A DNA stretch of 64,000 nt from assembly GCF_009914755.1 (NCBI RefSeq), contig NC_060947.1. One strand, 5' to 3'. This stretch comes from the human T2T-CHM13v2.0 reference genome, Homo sapiens. The notes below the pieces were generated by a model. That model was not told where the DNA came from. It worked only from the letters and a program-made list of their open reading frames with translations, and ran no database searches. Numbering within the stretch: the stretch's first letter is position 1; every line of letters starts with the position of its first letter. This document shows, piece after piece, positions 1-13,165 of the stretch. The translations under genes and the position numbers were made by a program.

Positions 1-3000
1 ACTAGGGTTTTCTAGATAAAGGATCATGTCATCTGCTAACAGGGATAATTTGACTTCCTCTCCTCCTATGTGGAGGTGCTTTATTTTTTCTCTCTTCACT
101 GATTGCTCTGGCCGAGACGTCCAATACTACGTTGAATAAGAGTTGTGACAGAGGGCATCCTTGTCTTGTGCTGGTTATCAAGGGGAGTGTTTTTAGCTTT
201 TGCCCATTCAGTATAATGTTGTCAGTGGCTTTGTTATAGATGGTTTTTATTATTTTGTGGTATATTCCTTTGATACCTAGGTTACTGAGAGTTTTTAACA
301 TAAATCAATGCTGAATTTTATTGAAAGCCTTTTATGCATCCATTGAGATAATCATGTGGTTTTTGTCTTTAGTTCTGTTTATGTGATGAATCACATTTAT
401 TGATTTGTGTATGCTGAACCAACCTTGCATCCCAGATATAAAGCCTACTTGATCATGGTGGATTAACTTTTTGATGTGCTTGCTGGATTTGGCTTGCCAG
501 TATTTTCTTGAGGATTTTTGTGTTGAGGATATTGGCCTGAAGTTTTCTTTTTTGTTGTATCTCTGCCAGGTTTTGGTATCAGGATAATGCTGGCCTCACA
601 GAATGAGTTAAGGATGAATCCCTTGTTTTCAATTTTTTGGAACATTTTCAGTAGGAATGGTACCAGCTCTTCTTTGTACAACTGGTAGAATTCAGCTGTG
701 AATCCCTCTGGTCCTGGACTTTTATCAGTTGGTAGACTATCTATTAATGCCTCAATTTCGGAACCTGCTATTGGTCTGTTAAGGGATTCAGTTTCTTCCT
801 AATTCAGTCTTGGGAGGGTGTATGTGTCCAGGAATTTATCCATTTCTTCTAGGGTTTCTGGTTTGTGTGCAAAGAAGTGTTCATCCTATTCTCTGATAGT
901 TGTTTGCATTTCTATGGGGTCAGTGGTAATATCCCTCTTGTCATTTCTGATTGTGTTTATTTTAATCTTCTCTTTCCTTCTTTATTAGTCTAACTAGCAG
1001 TCTATTTTATTTACTTATTTTTTTTCAAAAAAAAAACAAAACAGCTCCTGGATGGAGTGATCGTTTGAATGGTTTTTCATGTTTCTATCTCCTTCAGTTA
1101 AGCTCTGATTTTGGTTATTTCTTGTCTTCTACTAGCTTCTGGATTTGTTTGCTCTTGGTTCTCTAGTTCTTTTAGTTGTGATGTTAGGCTGTTAACTAGA
1201 GATCTTTGTATCACTCTGATGTGGACATCTAATGCTATAAATTTACCTCTTACCACTGCTTTAGCTGTGTCCCAGAGATTCTGGTACATTGTATCTTTGT
1301 TCTCATTAGTTTCAATGAACTTCTTGATTTCTGCCTAAATTTTATTATTTACCCCAAAGTCATTCAGGATCAGGTTATTCAATTTCCATGTAATTATATG
1401 GTTTTCAGTGAATTTCTTAGTCTTGATTTCAAATTTGATTGTGCTATGGTCCAAGAGGCTGTTTGTTATAATTGCAGTTATTTTCCATTTGCTGAGGAGT
1501 GTTTCACTTCTGATTACGTGATCAATTTTAGACTAAGTGCCATGTAGTGATGAGAACGTATATTCTATTGTTTTGAGTTGGAGAGTTCTGTAGATATCTA
1601 TTAGGTCCATTTGATCCAGTGATGATTTCAGGTCCTGAATATCTGTGTTAATTCTCTGTGCCAGTGATCTAATGTTGTCAGTGGGTTATTAAAGTCTCCC
1701 ACTGTTATTGTGTGAGAGTCTAAGTCTCTTTGAAGGTCTCTAAGAACTTGTTTTATGAATCTGGGTCCTCCTGTGTTGGGTGCATAAATATTTAGGATAG
1801 TTAGATCTTCTTGTCCAACTGAACCCTTTACCATTATGCGATGCGGATTTTTGTTTTGTTTTGTTTTTTGATCTTCATTGGGTAAAGTCTGTTTTGTCAG
1901 AAACTAGGATTGCAACCTCTACTTTTTCTGTTTTCCATATCCTTGGTAGATTTTCCTCCATCCCTTTATTTTTGAGCCTGTGTATGTCACTGCATGTGAG
2001 ATAGTTCTCTTGAAGACAGCATACCAATGGGTCTTTGATGTTTAGCTTGCCACTGTGTGTCTTTTAATTGGGGCATTTAGCCCATTTACATGTAAAGTTT
2101 GTATTGATATCTGTGGATTTCAACCTGTCATCATTATGTTTGCAGACTTGTTTATGTGGTGCTGTATAATGTCACTGGGCTGTGTACAGACTGTGTAATT
2201 CAGTGTGTTTTTGTAGTGGCTGGTAACAGTCTTTCCTTTCCACATTTAGTGCTTCTTTCAGGAGCTCTTGTGAGGCAGCTCTGGTGGTAACAAGCTCCCT
2301 CAGCATTTCCTTGTCTGGAAAGGATCTTATTTCTCTTTCACTTATGAAGCTTAGTTCGGCCAGATATGAAATTCTAGGTTGGAATTTGTTTTCTTTAAGA
2401 TTGTTGAATGTTAAAAAAAAAAAGAGAGAGAATGTTGAATATTGGCCCCCAATGTCTTCTAGCTTACAGGGTTTCAAGTGAGAGGTCTGCTGTTAGTCTG
2501 ATGGGCCTCCCTTTTTAGGTGACCTGGCCTTTCTCTCTAGCTGCCTGTAACATTTTTTCTTTCATTTAGACCTTGGATAATCTAATGATTATGTGTCTTG
2601 GGGATGATCTTATCGTAGAGTATCTTAGTGGTATCCTCTGCATTTCCTGAAATTTGAATGTTGGCCTCTCAAGCTAGGCTGGAGAAGTTCTCATGGATGA
2701 TATCCTGAAATATGTTTTCTAAATTGGTTCCATTCTCCTCATCTCTTTCAGGTACATCAATCGGTTGCAGATTCAGTCTCTTTACATAATCCCATATTTC
2801 TCAAAGGGTTTGTTCATTCCTTTTCATTCTTTTTTTCTCTGTTCTTGTCTGCCTGTCTTATTTCAGAAAGCCAGTCTTCAAGCTCTGAGAGTCTTTCCTC
2901 CACTTGGTCTATTTGGCAATCAATAGCTGTGACTGCATTATGAAAGTCTTGTAGTGTATTTTTCAGCTCTATCAGGTTGGTTATGTTCTTCTCTATACTA

Positions 3001-5163
3001 TCTATTTTGTCTGTCAGCTCCGGCAATGCTTTATCATAATTTTTAGCTTCCTTGCATTGGGTTACAATGTACTCCTTTAGCTCAGTGAACTTCATTCCTA
3101 TCCATATTCTGAATTCTCCTTCTGTCATTTCAGACATCTCAGTCTCAGCCTCAGCCCAGTTCCGAACCCTTGTTGAAGAGGTGATGCACTCATTTAGAGG
3201 AAAGAGGGCACTCTAGCTTTTTGAGGTTTCAGGGTTCTTCTGCTGATTATTATTATTTCTCATCTTTGTGAAATTATCTACTTTCAATCTTTGAGGTTGC
3301 TGACCTTTTGGTGGTGGGTTTTTTTTTTTTTTCTTTAACAGTCTGGCCCCTTTTCCATAGGGCTGTTGTGGTATTCTGGGGGTCTGCTCCAGTTTCTAGT
3401 AGACTTGGATTTGCCAGTACCTGGAGGTATCACCAGTGAAGGCTGTGAAACAGCAAATAAGGGAGCCAACCCCTTCCTCTGGTAGCTCCATCCCAGGGAG
3501 GTATGGACCTGTTGCCAGCCTAAACACATGTATAGGAGGTGGCGGGCAATCCCAGTTGGGTGGTCTTGCCCAGTTAGGAGGAATGAGATTGGGGGCATGC
3601 TTTAAAAAGTAGCCTGGCCACATTTTTGTAGAGCTGCTATGCTGTGCTGGGGGTCCACTTCATCCCCTGGTCACCATGGACACGCTGAAGCCTGAAGACT
3701 GGAATGGTTAAGTTTTCCTAAGAGCAAAGATGGCGGTCTGCCCCTACCATTGGGAGCTGCATCCCAGGGAGAGCTGAGACGTCTGTCAGCCAGAGAACAC
3801 CATTAGGGGTAGCCAGAGACCCCAGGTGCGAGGCTCCACCTGGTGATGAGAAATGGGGTTGGGGACCCACTTTAAAAAGCAGTCTGACCACATTTTCGTG
3901 GGTCTACTCTGCTGTGCTGTGGTATTGCTTCCACTCCTGGTCAGCTTTGGCTCTGCAGAAGCTGGAGGCTAAGTTGTTTAAACAGCAAAGATGGCAGCCC
4001 ACCCCTCCTTCTGGGAGTTTAATCTCAGGGAATTTTCAAAACTCTGTAGACCAGGGAACACCAGTCGGGGTGGCTGCAGGCCCTGGCTGGGAGGTTCTGC
4101 CCCATGAGGAGGAAGAGTACTGGGGACCTGCTTAAAGAAGAAGTCTGACCATGCTTTTGTAGAGCCGCTGCACTGTGCTGGGGTACTGCTTCTGTCCCCT
4201 GTCAGTTTGGACTCTCCAAAGCTCACAGGCTGGACTGGCTATGTCACCTAAACAGCAAAGATGGCAGCCTGCCCCTCACTCTGGGTTCTCTGTCCCAGGG
4301 AGTTTTCAAATCTCTGTTGGCCAGAGAAAACTGGCTTGAGTGGGTGGTGGCCCCAGTTGGGAGCTCCTGCCCAGTGAGGAGGAAAAGAGCAAGAACTCAC
4401 TTAAAGAAACAGCCTGGCCATGTTTTGATAAGCAGCTGTGCTGTGCTGGGGGATCCCTTCAAACCTTGGTAGGTTTAGACTCTCCAAAGCTTACAGTCTG
4501 GATCAGCTAAGTTGCCCAAACAGCAAACATGGCGCCCCACCCTTCCCCCAGAAAGCTTTGTCCCAGGTAGGTGCAATACTGCTACTGGTGACTGGCTGGA
4601 ATTCTAAACCAGTGGGTCTTATCCTGTGAGGCACAGTGGAAGTGGTGTCCACAGACTATCACTGCTTGGTCCCCTGGATTCAGCCTCTTTTCTAGGGGTA
4701 TGTACAGGTGTCCAACCTCCCACTTTGCTGGAGTTGCAGTTACTTTTGCTGAGAAGCCTGAAATGCTGGCGTATCTAAAGCTCCTGGGTCTCCACATGTG
4801 CCTGAGTGGCTACTCTGCAGAAACTCCGTGTAGCTCTGTGTGTCAGGCTGAAGGTCCCAGTGGAGTGGATTCACGATGGGATCTCCCGACCTGAGGGTTG
4901 CAAAGATCCATGGGAGAATTGTGGTTTCCCAGGGTCACACATTCACTCAACTGCTTCCTTGGGTGGGGGAGGTTCACTTGGTTCTGTGTCACTCTCAGGT
5001 GGGCTGTCATTCTTTGTTCTCCATGGGTTGAGTTGTTTCCTTCGTTAGTCCCAATGCGAGTACCTGAATGTTTCAGTTGAAGGTGCTGTGTTTACTGTCC
5101 TTTCCATTCCTCTCTTTGAGAGCTATGGAGCTTCTAGTCAGCCTTCTTGGCCATTCCCCATTC
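1..5163 (-). mobile_element. 5' half of an old, formerly full-length primate L1 (L1PA8-16/L1PB era): 5'UTR ~3300-5163, ORF1 remnant ~2170-3250, ORF2 EN/RT remnant ~1-2133; runs off the left edge
   Basis: ORF fragments resemble L1 ORF1p (FQPRISYLAELSFISEREIRSFPDK; coiled coil at 2814-3137) and ORF2p ([49 protein letters not shown]). The 5' end ggccaagaaggctgactagaagc resembles the L1PA start. Many stops and frameshifts. Confidence 0.95.
3540..4560. repeat. About four diverged ~265-bp tandem monomers inside the L1 5'UTR
   Basis: Recurring block ttaaa(a/g)aa..ag(c/t)ctg(g/a)cca..ttt..g..gctg.(g/a)ctgtgctg at ~3601, ~3872, ~4132 and ~4401. Recurring gcaaa(g/c)atggc at ~3724, ~3985, ~4255 and ~4523. 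Confidence 0.85.
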
Positions 5164-5169
5164 CCTCCA

Positions 5170-5788
5170 TTGTATTTTGAAAGTAGACAGTTTGTTTTGA
5201 TTTCACAGTCTCACAGCTGGAGAGAAACTGCCTGAGGAATTTGCCTCCCTGAGTCTCACCCATATATGACTTAGATGAGACTTTGAACATTTGAGTTGGT
5301 ATTGAAATAAGATTGCTGGGGCTACTGGGATGGAATGAATCTATTTTACATGTGAGAAATACATGAATTTTGAGGGACTAGGAGAAGAATGCTATGGTTT
5401 GAATATGTCCCCCAAAACTCATGTTGAAATTTAATTGCCAATGTGATGGTATTTATGGGTGACACCTTTAAAAGGTAATTAGGGCGTGAAGGCTCTACCC
5501 TCATGAATGAATTAATACCATTATTGTAGGAGTAGGTTAGTTAAGGTAGGAGTGGGCTCCTGATAAAAGGATGGGTTTGGTTCAATTTCCTCTATCTTTC
5601 ATCCCTCCACACTTCTTTGTCATATGATACCTTTCATTATCTTATGACACAGCAAGAAAGCCCTCACTAGATGTGGCCTTTCGGTCTTGGACTTCCCATC
5701 TCCCAGAATGGTAAGCCAAATAAATCATTAAAAAAAAATTTTCCACTCTATGGTATTCTTTTATAGCAGCAGAAAACAGACTAAGACA
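5170..5788 (+). mobile_element. ERVL-MaLR remnant: 3' end of internal region (5170-5389) plus MST-type LTR (5390-5788)
   Basis: Purine tract gagggactaggagaagaa directly precedes the LTR start tgctatggtttgaatatgtccccc. LTR ends ttatagcagcagaaaacagactaagaca (TG...CA). Confidence 0.85.
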
Positions 5789-8700
5789 GAGGGGGTCAGA
5801 AAAGTGCTGAGAAATTGAGAAGGAAGGGTTATTCCACGAATCTATCAAGATGACAGTTTCGGGAATAGATCTGGGAAGGCAAAGGGCGAGGTTATGGTTT
5901 GTGCAAGGTTTTTAAGAGTTATGAACTTGACAAACTTTGAACTTACAGAGATGAGCCGTGCTGTTCACAGAAAAAGGAAAGTGAAAAATCTCAAGTTAAA
6001 ATGTCAGATATGAAAATCTTTAATAAATCAGGTCTTCTATTTATGAACAAGCAGATTTGAATGCATACATATGCAGCTACCATCTTTACAGCTAACAAAA
6101 GATTTACCAATGCAGTGTTTTTGTATCTAGTACAGCAATTACTCTAGAATAAAATGTTTTGTCAATAGAGAATATAAATTTAAGTTTAGTCACATCTTAA
6201 ACAACAGTTCAAGTCAGTAACCCAGGTAACACCCCAGATGTAAAAGCCATCTGGCTTAGAAAACTTATAGTTCAAAATTCAAATCACATTATATTTTTTA
6301 ACACCTACTGGGGTTTTCAGTTCTGCCTTACCTAAAGTCTTTGAGGCTCAATTTCCTTCTGTATAAAAATGGGATAAAATATCTACATTCTAGCATTTCT
6401 ATCGAGATTATAGAAACTTGAGGTGATATCTGGCCCAGATTGCACTTTAGCAATGGTGGCTATGGTGTTGCTGCTCTTAATCCAATGTCAGATGCTGGGG
6501 ACAAGGGTAAAGAAAGGTGAAATGAAAACCTGACTTGAGGCAATATTCTACAAGTTTCTCTAGTTTCCACTGAAACTGGAACATCTGTATGTTTCTCTAG
6601 CTATTCATTAAATTCCTCCATTATCTAAACTACTGGAATTTGGAATAGCTGTAGAAATATTAGAGATCTGAGCAGCTATGGTGCTCATAAATCAGCAGTG
6701 CTGATTCTATGAATAGGCTACCACCTAAAAGAGAACTGGGGAGTTTGAAAACCTTTAGACTTTCAGTTGGATAAACAAACATCCCGCCATGGTACCTAAT
6801 GCTTATCCAGAAACAGTTTACACACAGGGAGAATATGGATTGCTGTTCAGCTTCTAGCAGAAATAGGCAAACATTGGAGTAAATGAAGGGTAAAATTCAA
6901 TATGCACAACAGGTCGCCCTGCCACTGTATACTTCTCTACAGGGGAAATCATAATAAAACAATAATAAAACAGTGGATATCTAAATGAAAAAGGGAAAGT
7001 GAAAACAGATGTGGTTCCTTTCAGAATAAAGCCTCCCCATACCTGACTCTCATTGTGTTATCTGGAAGGGAAGGAAGGAAATATAGGTAGAAGATGAATG
7101 CCAGGGAAGCCCCAAGACAGGGGCTGGTGAATTGAGGAGTGATGTTAAAATTGATATCTACCATTTTGAATCAGGATATAAAGGTACGAAGTCCAGTGGC
7201 CAGGGTGGTGGTCTACCAACCAAGCATTTTCTCTTGCTTCCAGTTTCTGACTTTCTGCCTATGGTGAGGGGATTTTCTTTGCTCCAAATTATTCTTCCAC
7301 AAAATAACACAAAGCAAGGGGTTCTTTGCATTAGGTTCATGAAAGCATTAGGTCCCTGAAGTCAAGATTTGAGGCACTAAAAGGAAGAGTTAACAGGTCA
7401 CAGAGTTAACAGGAAAAGTATGCTTACCTCCTAATCCATATGGCAGGTCTTGAGAGTCTCCCTTTTGGAAGAAACAGAGTGTGGCTTGGAAAGAGAATAT
7501 AGTTTTGTACTTCGATCTCCCCATTTTCTAATGGTGAGATGTTGGGTAAGTTACTTAGCTAATTCGATCATATTACCTAATTTTCAAAAGGAAGACAGGC
7601 AAGTACTTACAAAATGTTACTTTTCCTTCTCCCTGTGCCCATACCAGGTCATGCCTAGGCTTTAATCTTCTCAAAGTCCAGAATTAAGATCACGAGTTTC
7701 AGCAAAAATGTGAAAAAGGAGAAGCCCACGGCCATCATTATATGGCCAGGAAACCTCCCCTCAAGCTCAACCAACGCAGCAAAAACTTGAAACAATTATG
7801 AAGTCAGACTTCAACCATATCTATTAGTTGAATTTCCATTTTAACTATGCATAAAGTTGTCAGGAAACATAATAACAAATTGAGTCTTATTTTAAACTAT
7901 CTTGAGATATACAAAATAAGAGAATTCAGTACCTATCCAATCCTTTTTAAAAATTTTTTTTATTTATATATATATAAGGATATGGAGACTCAAGGAAGGA
8001 ACGGACCTTATCCAAAGTAACATGAGTCACTGAGGACACTTTACTACGATAAAGGAACAAAATCAAAGCTAAGAAACAGGAACCAGATAAACCACAATTG
8101 CTTTTGAAAAAATAAATCAAAATACATTAAATTAGCTAAGAGGTAAACTTAATTCTATTCTTTGATAGTCTTTTGGAGTATTAATTTCTCTGAATTTTAA
8201 TGAGTTTAGTTACTGCATGTCCCCCAAAATATTATGTGAAAATTCCAAAATTCCTTCTTTCCTGATCTCATAGACTTGCTGACAGTGTAAAGGAACCAGG
8301 ATGAGGTAAGGAAAAAGTGATGCTTCATTTTGGCAGTTATTTTAAAGATTAAATACTGAGTGAAGCAACTAGCCCAGTGCCTGGCACCATTATAGGTACC
8401 CAATGTTAGTCGAGTCTGAATAGTTAGCTTGAATGTTCTAAGTTTTTCAATGTTGAACTAGATATGAAAACATGAAAAATAAAATCTTGAGGAATACCTT
8501 CACCTCTGCTCATCATCAGCCCTGCTGAAGAAAGGCTAGACTGAGCAGAAGCCTTCTAAAAGGACAGCAATGAAAAGATTTTTCTGAATGAGCTTATATT
8601 TGAGCCTGAGCCCATGATATAACTGACTTACATTCCTTTTCATATACAGAGTTTTCATGTCAAGCTCCTAAAAGGCAGGGACTCTGTCATATTTCTCCAG

Positions 8701-9065
8701 ATCTCCTATAGTAGACACAGGGAACAAACCAAGTTGTAACTCATTCAATGACAGTGGAATTTAACCCGAAGCAGCCTCAGTTTTCTTATACCAAATCACT
8801 GCATTGAGCTCTACTGGAGAGCCTTATATAATATAAATATATTTATATTTGTATAAATAGCTGAGATAAGTTAAAGGTTTGAGAAGGGCAGGGGAAGGAT
8901 CAGGAAGAGTAAGGCGGAGTTTGAATTAAGTTGAAACTACTACCTTAGTAACCCAAGGATGGAGAACCTTGGTTATGATGAAACAGAAGTATTTTGACTG
9001 GCTCTCAAAGAAGCAGAGTAATTTTCAGAATATATGTGTTTTGTTTGTATAGGTATTACACAGCC

Positions 9066-9277
9066 CAGTGGTTCTTAACAAGGTGATTTTGCTCCTTATG
9101 GGATATTTGGCAATATTTGGACATATTTTGAGTTGTCACAACTAGGATGGGGTGCTACTGGCATCTAGTGGGTAGAGTCAAGGGATGCTGCTCAATATCC
9201 TTCAATATATAGGACAGCCCTTGACAACAGAATTATCTAGCCCCAAATGTCAACAGCACCAAAGTTGAGAAATCCTG
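9066..9277. mobile_element. MER20 (hAT-Charlie MITE)
   Basis: Termini cagtggttcttaac...gttgagaaatcctg; core gtgctactggcatctagtgggtagag. Confidence 0.85.
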
Positions 9278-9929
9278 CTCTAGCTCAACACAGAGCCTGG
9301 CACTACTGACTGAAGGAAAAATAAATATCTCAACTAATTTTTACAGCTGAAAAGAATCACTAACAGATTTGCTCACTGGGTTTTAGGTCTCACTTGTGCT
9401 TCTCATGATAATTTGGTGTAATTTTTAAGCCAATGTTATTCATTATCAAGTATGAGAATGTGTTGCTTGATTTGTTAAAACCTTCTATGTAGAAAAAAAA
9501 TAGGTAACATTCCATAAATGTAATAAATACTAAAGCTCTGGAGCACTGTAGGGGCACAGGTTGGCTTCTGATTTTCCCAGTGTCCACTCCCTGCTCCTCC
9601 AACCAGCAGTGATTTTACTAAACAAGAGAGAAGATAAAGTTCAGTTCGCATGTTAAATGTAACCTTCTTCCATCTACCTACAGAGATATTTCTCCTTCTT
9701 CTTCAAAGTCCTTTCTCTAGGTTACCACATAGGTGAGAAAAGGATGACAGGATATCAAAGGGGTTCACAAGCTCCCTGGTTAGCTCACATGTTCCACTAT
9801 TGAGATTCCAACCTATAATCAAAGCACAAGATCCTGTCTCAGCACAGATTTAATTTAAACAAATTCAGGGAGAAAAGTAGTATTGGATATGCTAAGGAAA
9901 AAATGGAATGCTGCTAGAGGTAGGTCCAT

Positions 9930-9995
9930 GAATGCAGTATTTTCTTTCTACATTTTTTTTATTTCAATAGATGTTTTGGGAATGCAGTATTTTCT
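9930..9995 (-). mobile_element. Ultra-short (~34 bp) retro-insertion with a perfect 16-bp TSD, probably an L1PB-like 3' tip
   Basis: gaatgcagtattttct at 9930-9945 and 9980-9995 flanks a T-run followed by atttcaatagatgttttgg. Confidence 0.7.
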
Positions 9996-11039
9996 GTCAT
10001 GACATTCTCCTGTCTTAGGAAAAAGGGCAGTCAGCAAAAAGTGTCTAAAAGCTCTAGTCTCTCATGTTAGTTTAGAAATGGGTAGTATCCTAATACAGTC
10101 TGAATTAAGGGACAATCCAAGTGCAAGGGAAAAAAACCTTCAAATACATAGGACAGACCTTCAAAAAGAATTTTTTTCCCAAACACTCTACCTTACACTA
10201 TGAAAAATGAATTCATTTAATTTCTTATTTTTTTAATCCCAAAAACACATAGCCTATTTCCTCCCTTGAGGCTACTAAGGAAGTAGCATTTGACCTTGGT
10301 GAGTGGGACACTCTGTACAGAAAACTTTCATCATATTTTGCATAGGAAGTTATCATTTCCTTAGGATCAACATTCACAAATCCTAGATAAAAACTTAGCC
10401 TAATTACATAGACTCTATATCATATTGTTAACAGTTCTTCACCACAAAACTGTGTATTTGTTCTTTTTAAACACTACTTCTTTCATTCAGCAAGAAACGT
10501 TCACTGCTAGACAAGGAATCAATTTCTAGCAAAAGTGCACGTTTGTAAAGTTGGCAGAAAACTTGCTTTATTGGAAACACATGTAATGTCATCTTGATTG
10601 TATCATATTAATGTGGCTTCAAAGTTTGTCAGTTTTAAAATACCAAACTCAAGGGGTGATTTAATTTTAATTCTCAGTGATCCAATATTTTTAGATTACA
10701 GAAAAAATTACCGAGCAAGCTTAACTACATTCAAAAGGATAAACAACAAAAGAATAAATTGGTCTTGCCAAAGCCTTAAACTTTACAGGCATTATAGAGA
10801 AGAAAAATCGATGACATCTTTACAAAGACCTACTCTTTCCTTAGCAGTTAGACAACATCTAATTCCTCATCACTCTATCTATCAAGGGTCAGTTTAACTA
10901 TTTCAGTGATTTATGCCATTTATTCCCAAGAGCGTGAGAGGCAGAGACATCTGTTCTACATTGAAAGGAACTGGATTACAAAGCCTAGATGCTAAAAGGG
11001 ATATATGAAAGGATTGTATTAAATTAGCAACGATTTACC

Positions 11040-11780
11040 GCATTCAGCTCTACTGATCCATTCCTCCTTCCTGAAGCCGAGTCCTTCCTTGGCTTCCTTA
11101 GACCTCATTCTTTTGGTTTTCCTTCTTTTTCTTCTGGAGTCCTTTCTTCTCTATAACATCTTACAATGTTTCTATGCCCCAGGCCTTGCTTCTCTAGTCT
11201 CTCTCCCTATGTGTCTCATCTGCTTTCATGGTTTTAATACTGGCCAGAGGCTAACAATACTGAATGTGTGTTACCAGCATAGAACTCATTCCTGAGCAAT
11301 TGAAATGCAAGGCCATATAGTGCCTGACACACAGAAAAGTTGCTCAGTAAATGTTCAATGAAAAAAATTAATAAATGAATATTAAAATAGATAAATAAGA
11401 CTTGAAAAACACATGGAGAGCTGAGGTGTCCTGTACAAACTCATCGTAGAACAGTCAATGCCACCCTGCCTTACCAGCTGACCACAAATATATTGTTGAG
11501 CCCAGGAAGGATAAGCAATGCCCAGCTTAGATCAGCAGAACCACAGAGCCAACCTATAGCCCAAGAGAAATAAAATATATTTAGCGGGTTTAAGCCACTA
11601 TGTATTAGAGTGTTTTTGAATGCAACACAATCTTGATAATCAAGTAGTTCTAAGTCTGCTTTCCTGCTAGTCTTTAATTCCTCCTTGAGGGCAGAGATGT
11701 AATCTGTCTTATCATGCTGTGCCTACCCACCATAATGCCTGGCTTGTGCAAGACACTCAATAAACACCTATTAACAAATA
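11040..11780 (+). mobile_element. Degraded L2 3' fragments with an intervening MLT1-type LTR fragment (~11410-11630)
   Basis: L2 tails tagtgcctgacacacag...ctcagtaaatgttcaatg and cactcaataaacacc; MLT1-like end tttaagccactatgtattagagtg. Confidence 0.55.
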
Positions 11781-12619
11781 TATCAATTCTGCTAATGGTG
11801 ATGAGAAGCACTCAGTCATTTGCCACCTGGAATTAGAGCAAATGGCCGTTGAACACAGAATATCAAAATGTGTTAGATAAATAAGTTATTTGTAATAATA
11901 AATATTCATTGAGCACTTACTGTTGACAGACACTGTGCTATGCTTATGGTATCCATTTAATAAAGCTCTATTAAGTAGGGATGCAATGGAGGTTGTATAT
12001 TTAAATGGAGTCCTGACTGGGAAGGGAGAGAGACCACTTTTAAGCACCAGTAGCCATTCACAAAGAAAAAGCGGCACTAGAGGAAAAGGTTCCTAAACTA
12101 TGCTGATTTGCTTTGGGGATTTTTTTTCTCCCTCACTAAATATTCTGGGTACATTTAACCAATTATCCACTAAGTGAACAGCTTACCATGTATGCCAATT
12201 AGAGATTTACTGAATTAGTTCATGAATCTTCTAACATGGATTCTAAATGCTATCTTCTCAGAGAAAAATCAAGTAAGTACAGAGGGGAAATGGCTGAAGA
12301 AGGAACATAAGAGAAAAGTTACTTGCTGGCAGCTTCTATAATCCCCACTTTTTGAAATGCCCTTTGTTCCTTCCTTGTTGCTTAAAAAGAACCCGATTTT
12401 GTTCACAGCCTGAGGCAGTTTGCTAGACAAATGTCCTCGCTGTATGAATGGCTTGCTTGAGCCCATATTATCCCATAAAGGGCTGTGATTAATCTGGGCT
12501 TTGTTGGGCTGGATGTATCGTAGAAAGGACTCCAGTAGAGGAACCATGTGAGCTGTACTATTCTGCTTTTAAGTGTTTTTTCCCCCAAATAAACTATTTT
12601 AAATAGTAATATGTGTCCA

Positions 12620-12621
<2 letters not shown>

Positions 12622-12658
<37 letters not shown>
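12622..12658. repeat. (TG)n microsatellite
   Basis: About 18 perfect TG units. Confidence 0.97.
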
Positions 12659-12660
<2 letters not shown>

Positions 12661-12974
12661 TCAAACCCTCTTTGAATGGCAACTAGCGACCACAAAGGGG
12701 CATGTTTCCCTTGTCCCAGTGTTTTGTGCTTTTGGAAGGGACAGAATCAACTGTGCCATTATGAGAGCAATGGCAGGTCTCTGGTGGAGCTCAACTGAGA
12801 CAGCTCCTGCCCCATTGAAGTCCTCTGTGAAGGTTTTACACCCAATTCAGGGCAAGTCACCTGTGCTCATGCACGGAAAGAGAGAGAAGAAGCAAATAAT
12901 TTCAATATGGATGTGTCATTTCCTCGAGTCTCCCTGTATTTGTGGACAGACTATCGTAAAAAGGATGCCACCTC

Positions 12975-13165
12975 TCTCAGTGCTGGCTCCAGCATTGCCT
13001 TCTGCCATGATTAAATGTCTCCTGAGGCCTCCCCAGAAGCTAAGCAGATGCCAGCATCATGCTTCTTGTACAGCCTGCAGAACTGTGAGCCACTTAAACC
13101 TATTTTCTTTATAAATTACCCAGTCTCAAGTATTTCTTTATAGCAGTGTGAGAACTGACTAACAC
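12975..13165 (+). mobile_element. MSTA/MSTB-like LTR, 3' part
   Basis: gccttctgccatgatt...cctgaggcctccccagaagc...ataaattacccagtctcaagtatttctttatagcagtgtgagaactgactaacaca. Confidence 0.85.

Noticed and set aside
3540-4560. Regularly spaced repeats as a CRISPR-like array
   Set aside because: Whole ~265-bp units are homologous and diverged, with no unique spacers or cas genes; the context is a mammalian L1 5'UTR.
7421-7435. Strong minus-strand donor GAG|gtaagc (similar isolated donors near 21522, 24541 and 41094)
   Set aside because: No convincing acceptor at exon-like distance; isolated donors are common by chance in 64 kb.
8830-8849. 20-bp perfect AT palindrome
   Set aside because: Low-complexity AT sequence; expected by chance.
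12611-13114. 167-aa ORF
   Set aside because: Runs through a (TG)n repeat and an MST LTR fragment; no recognisable protein features.
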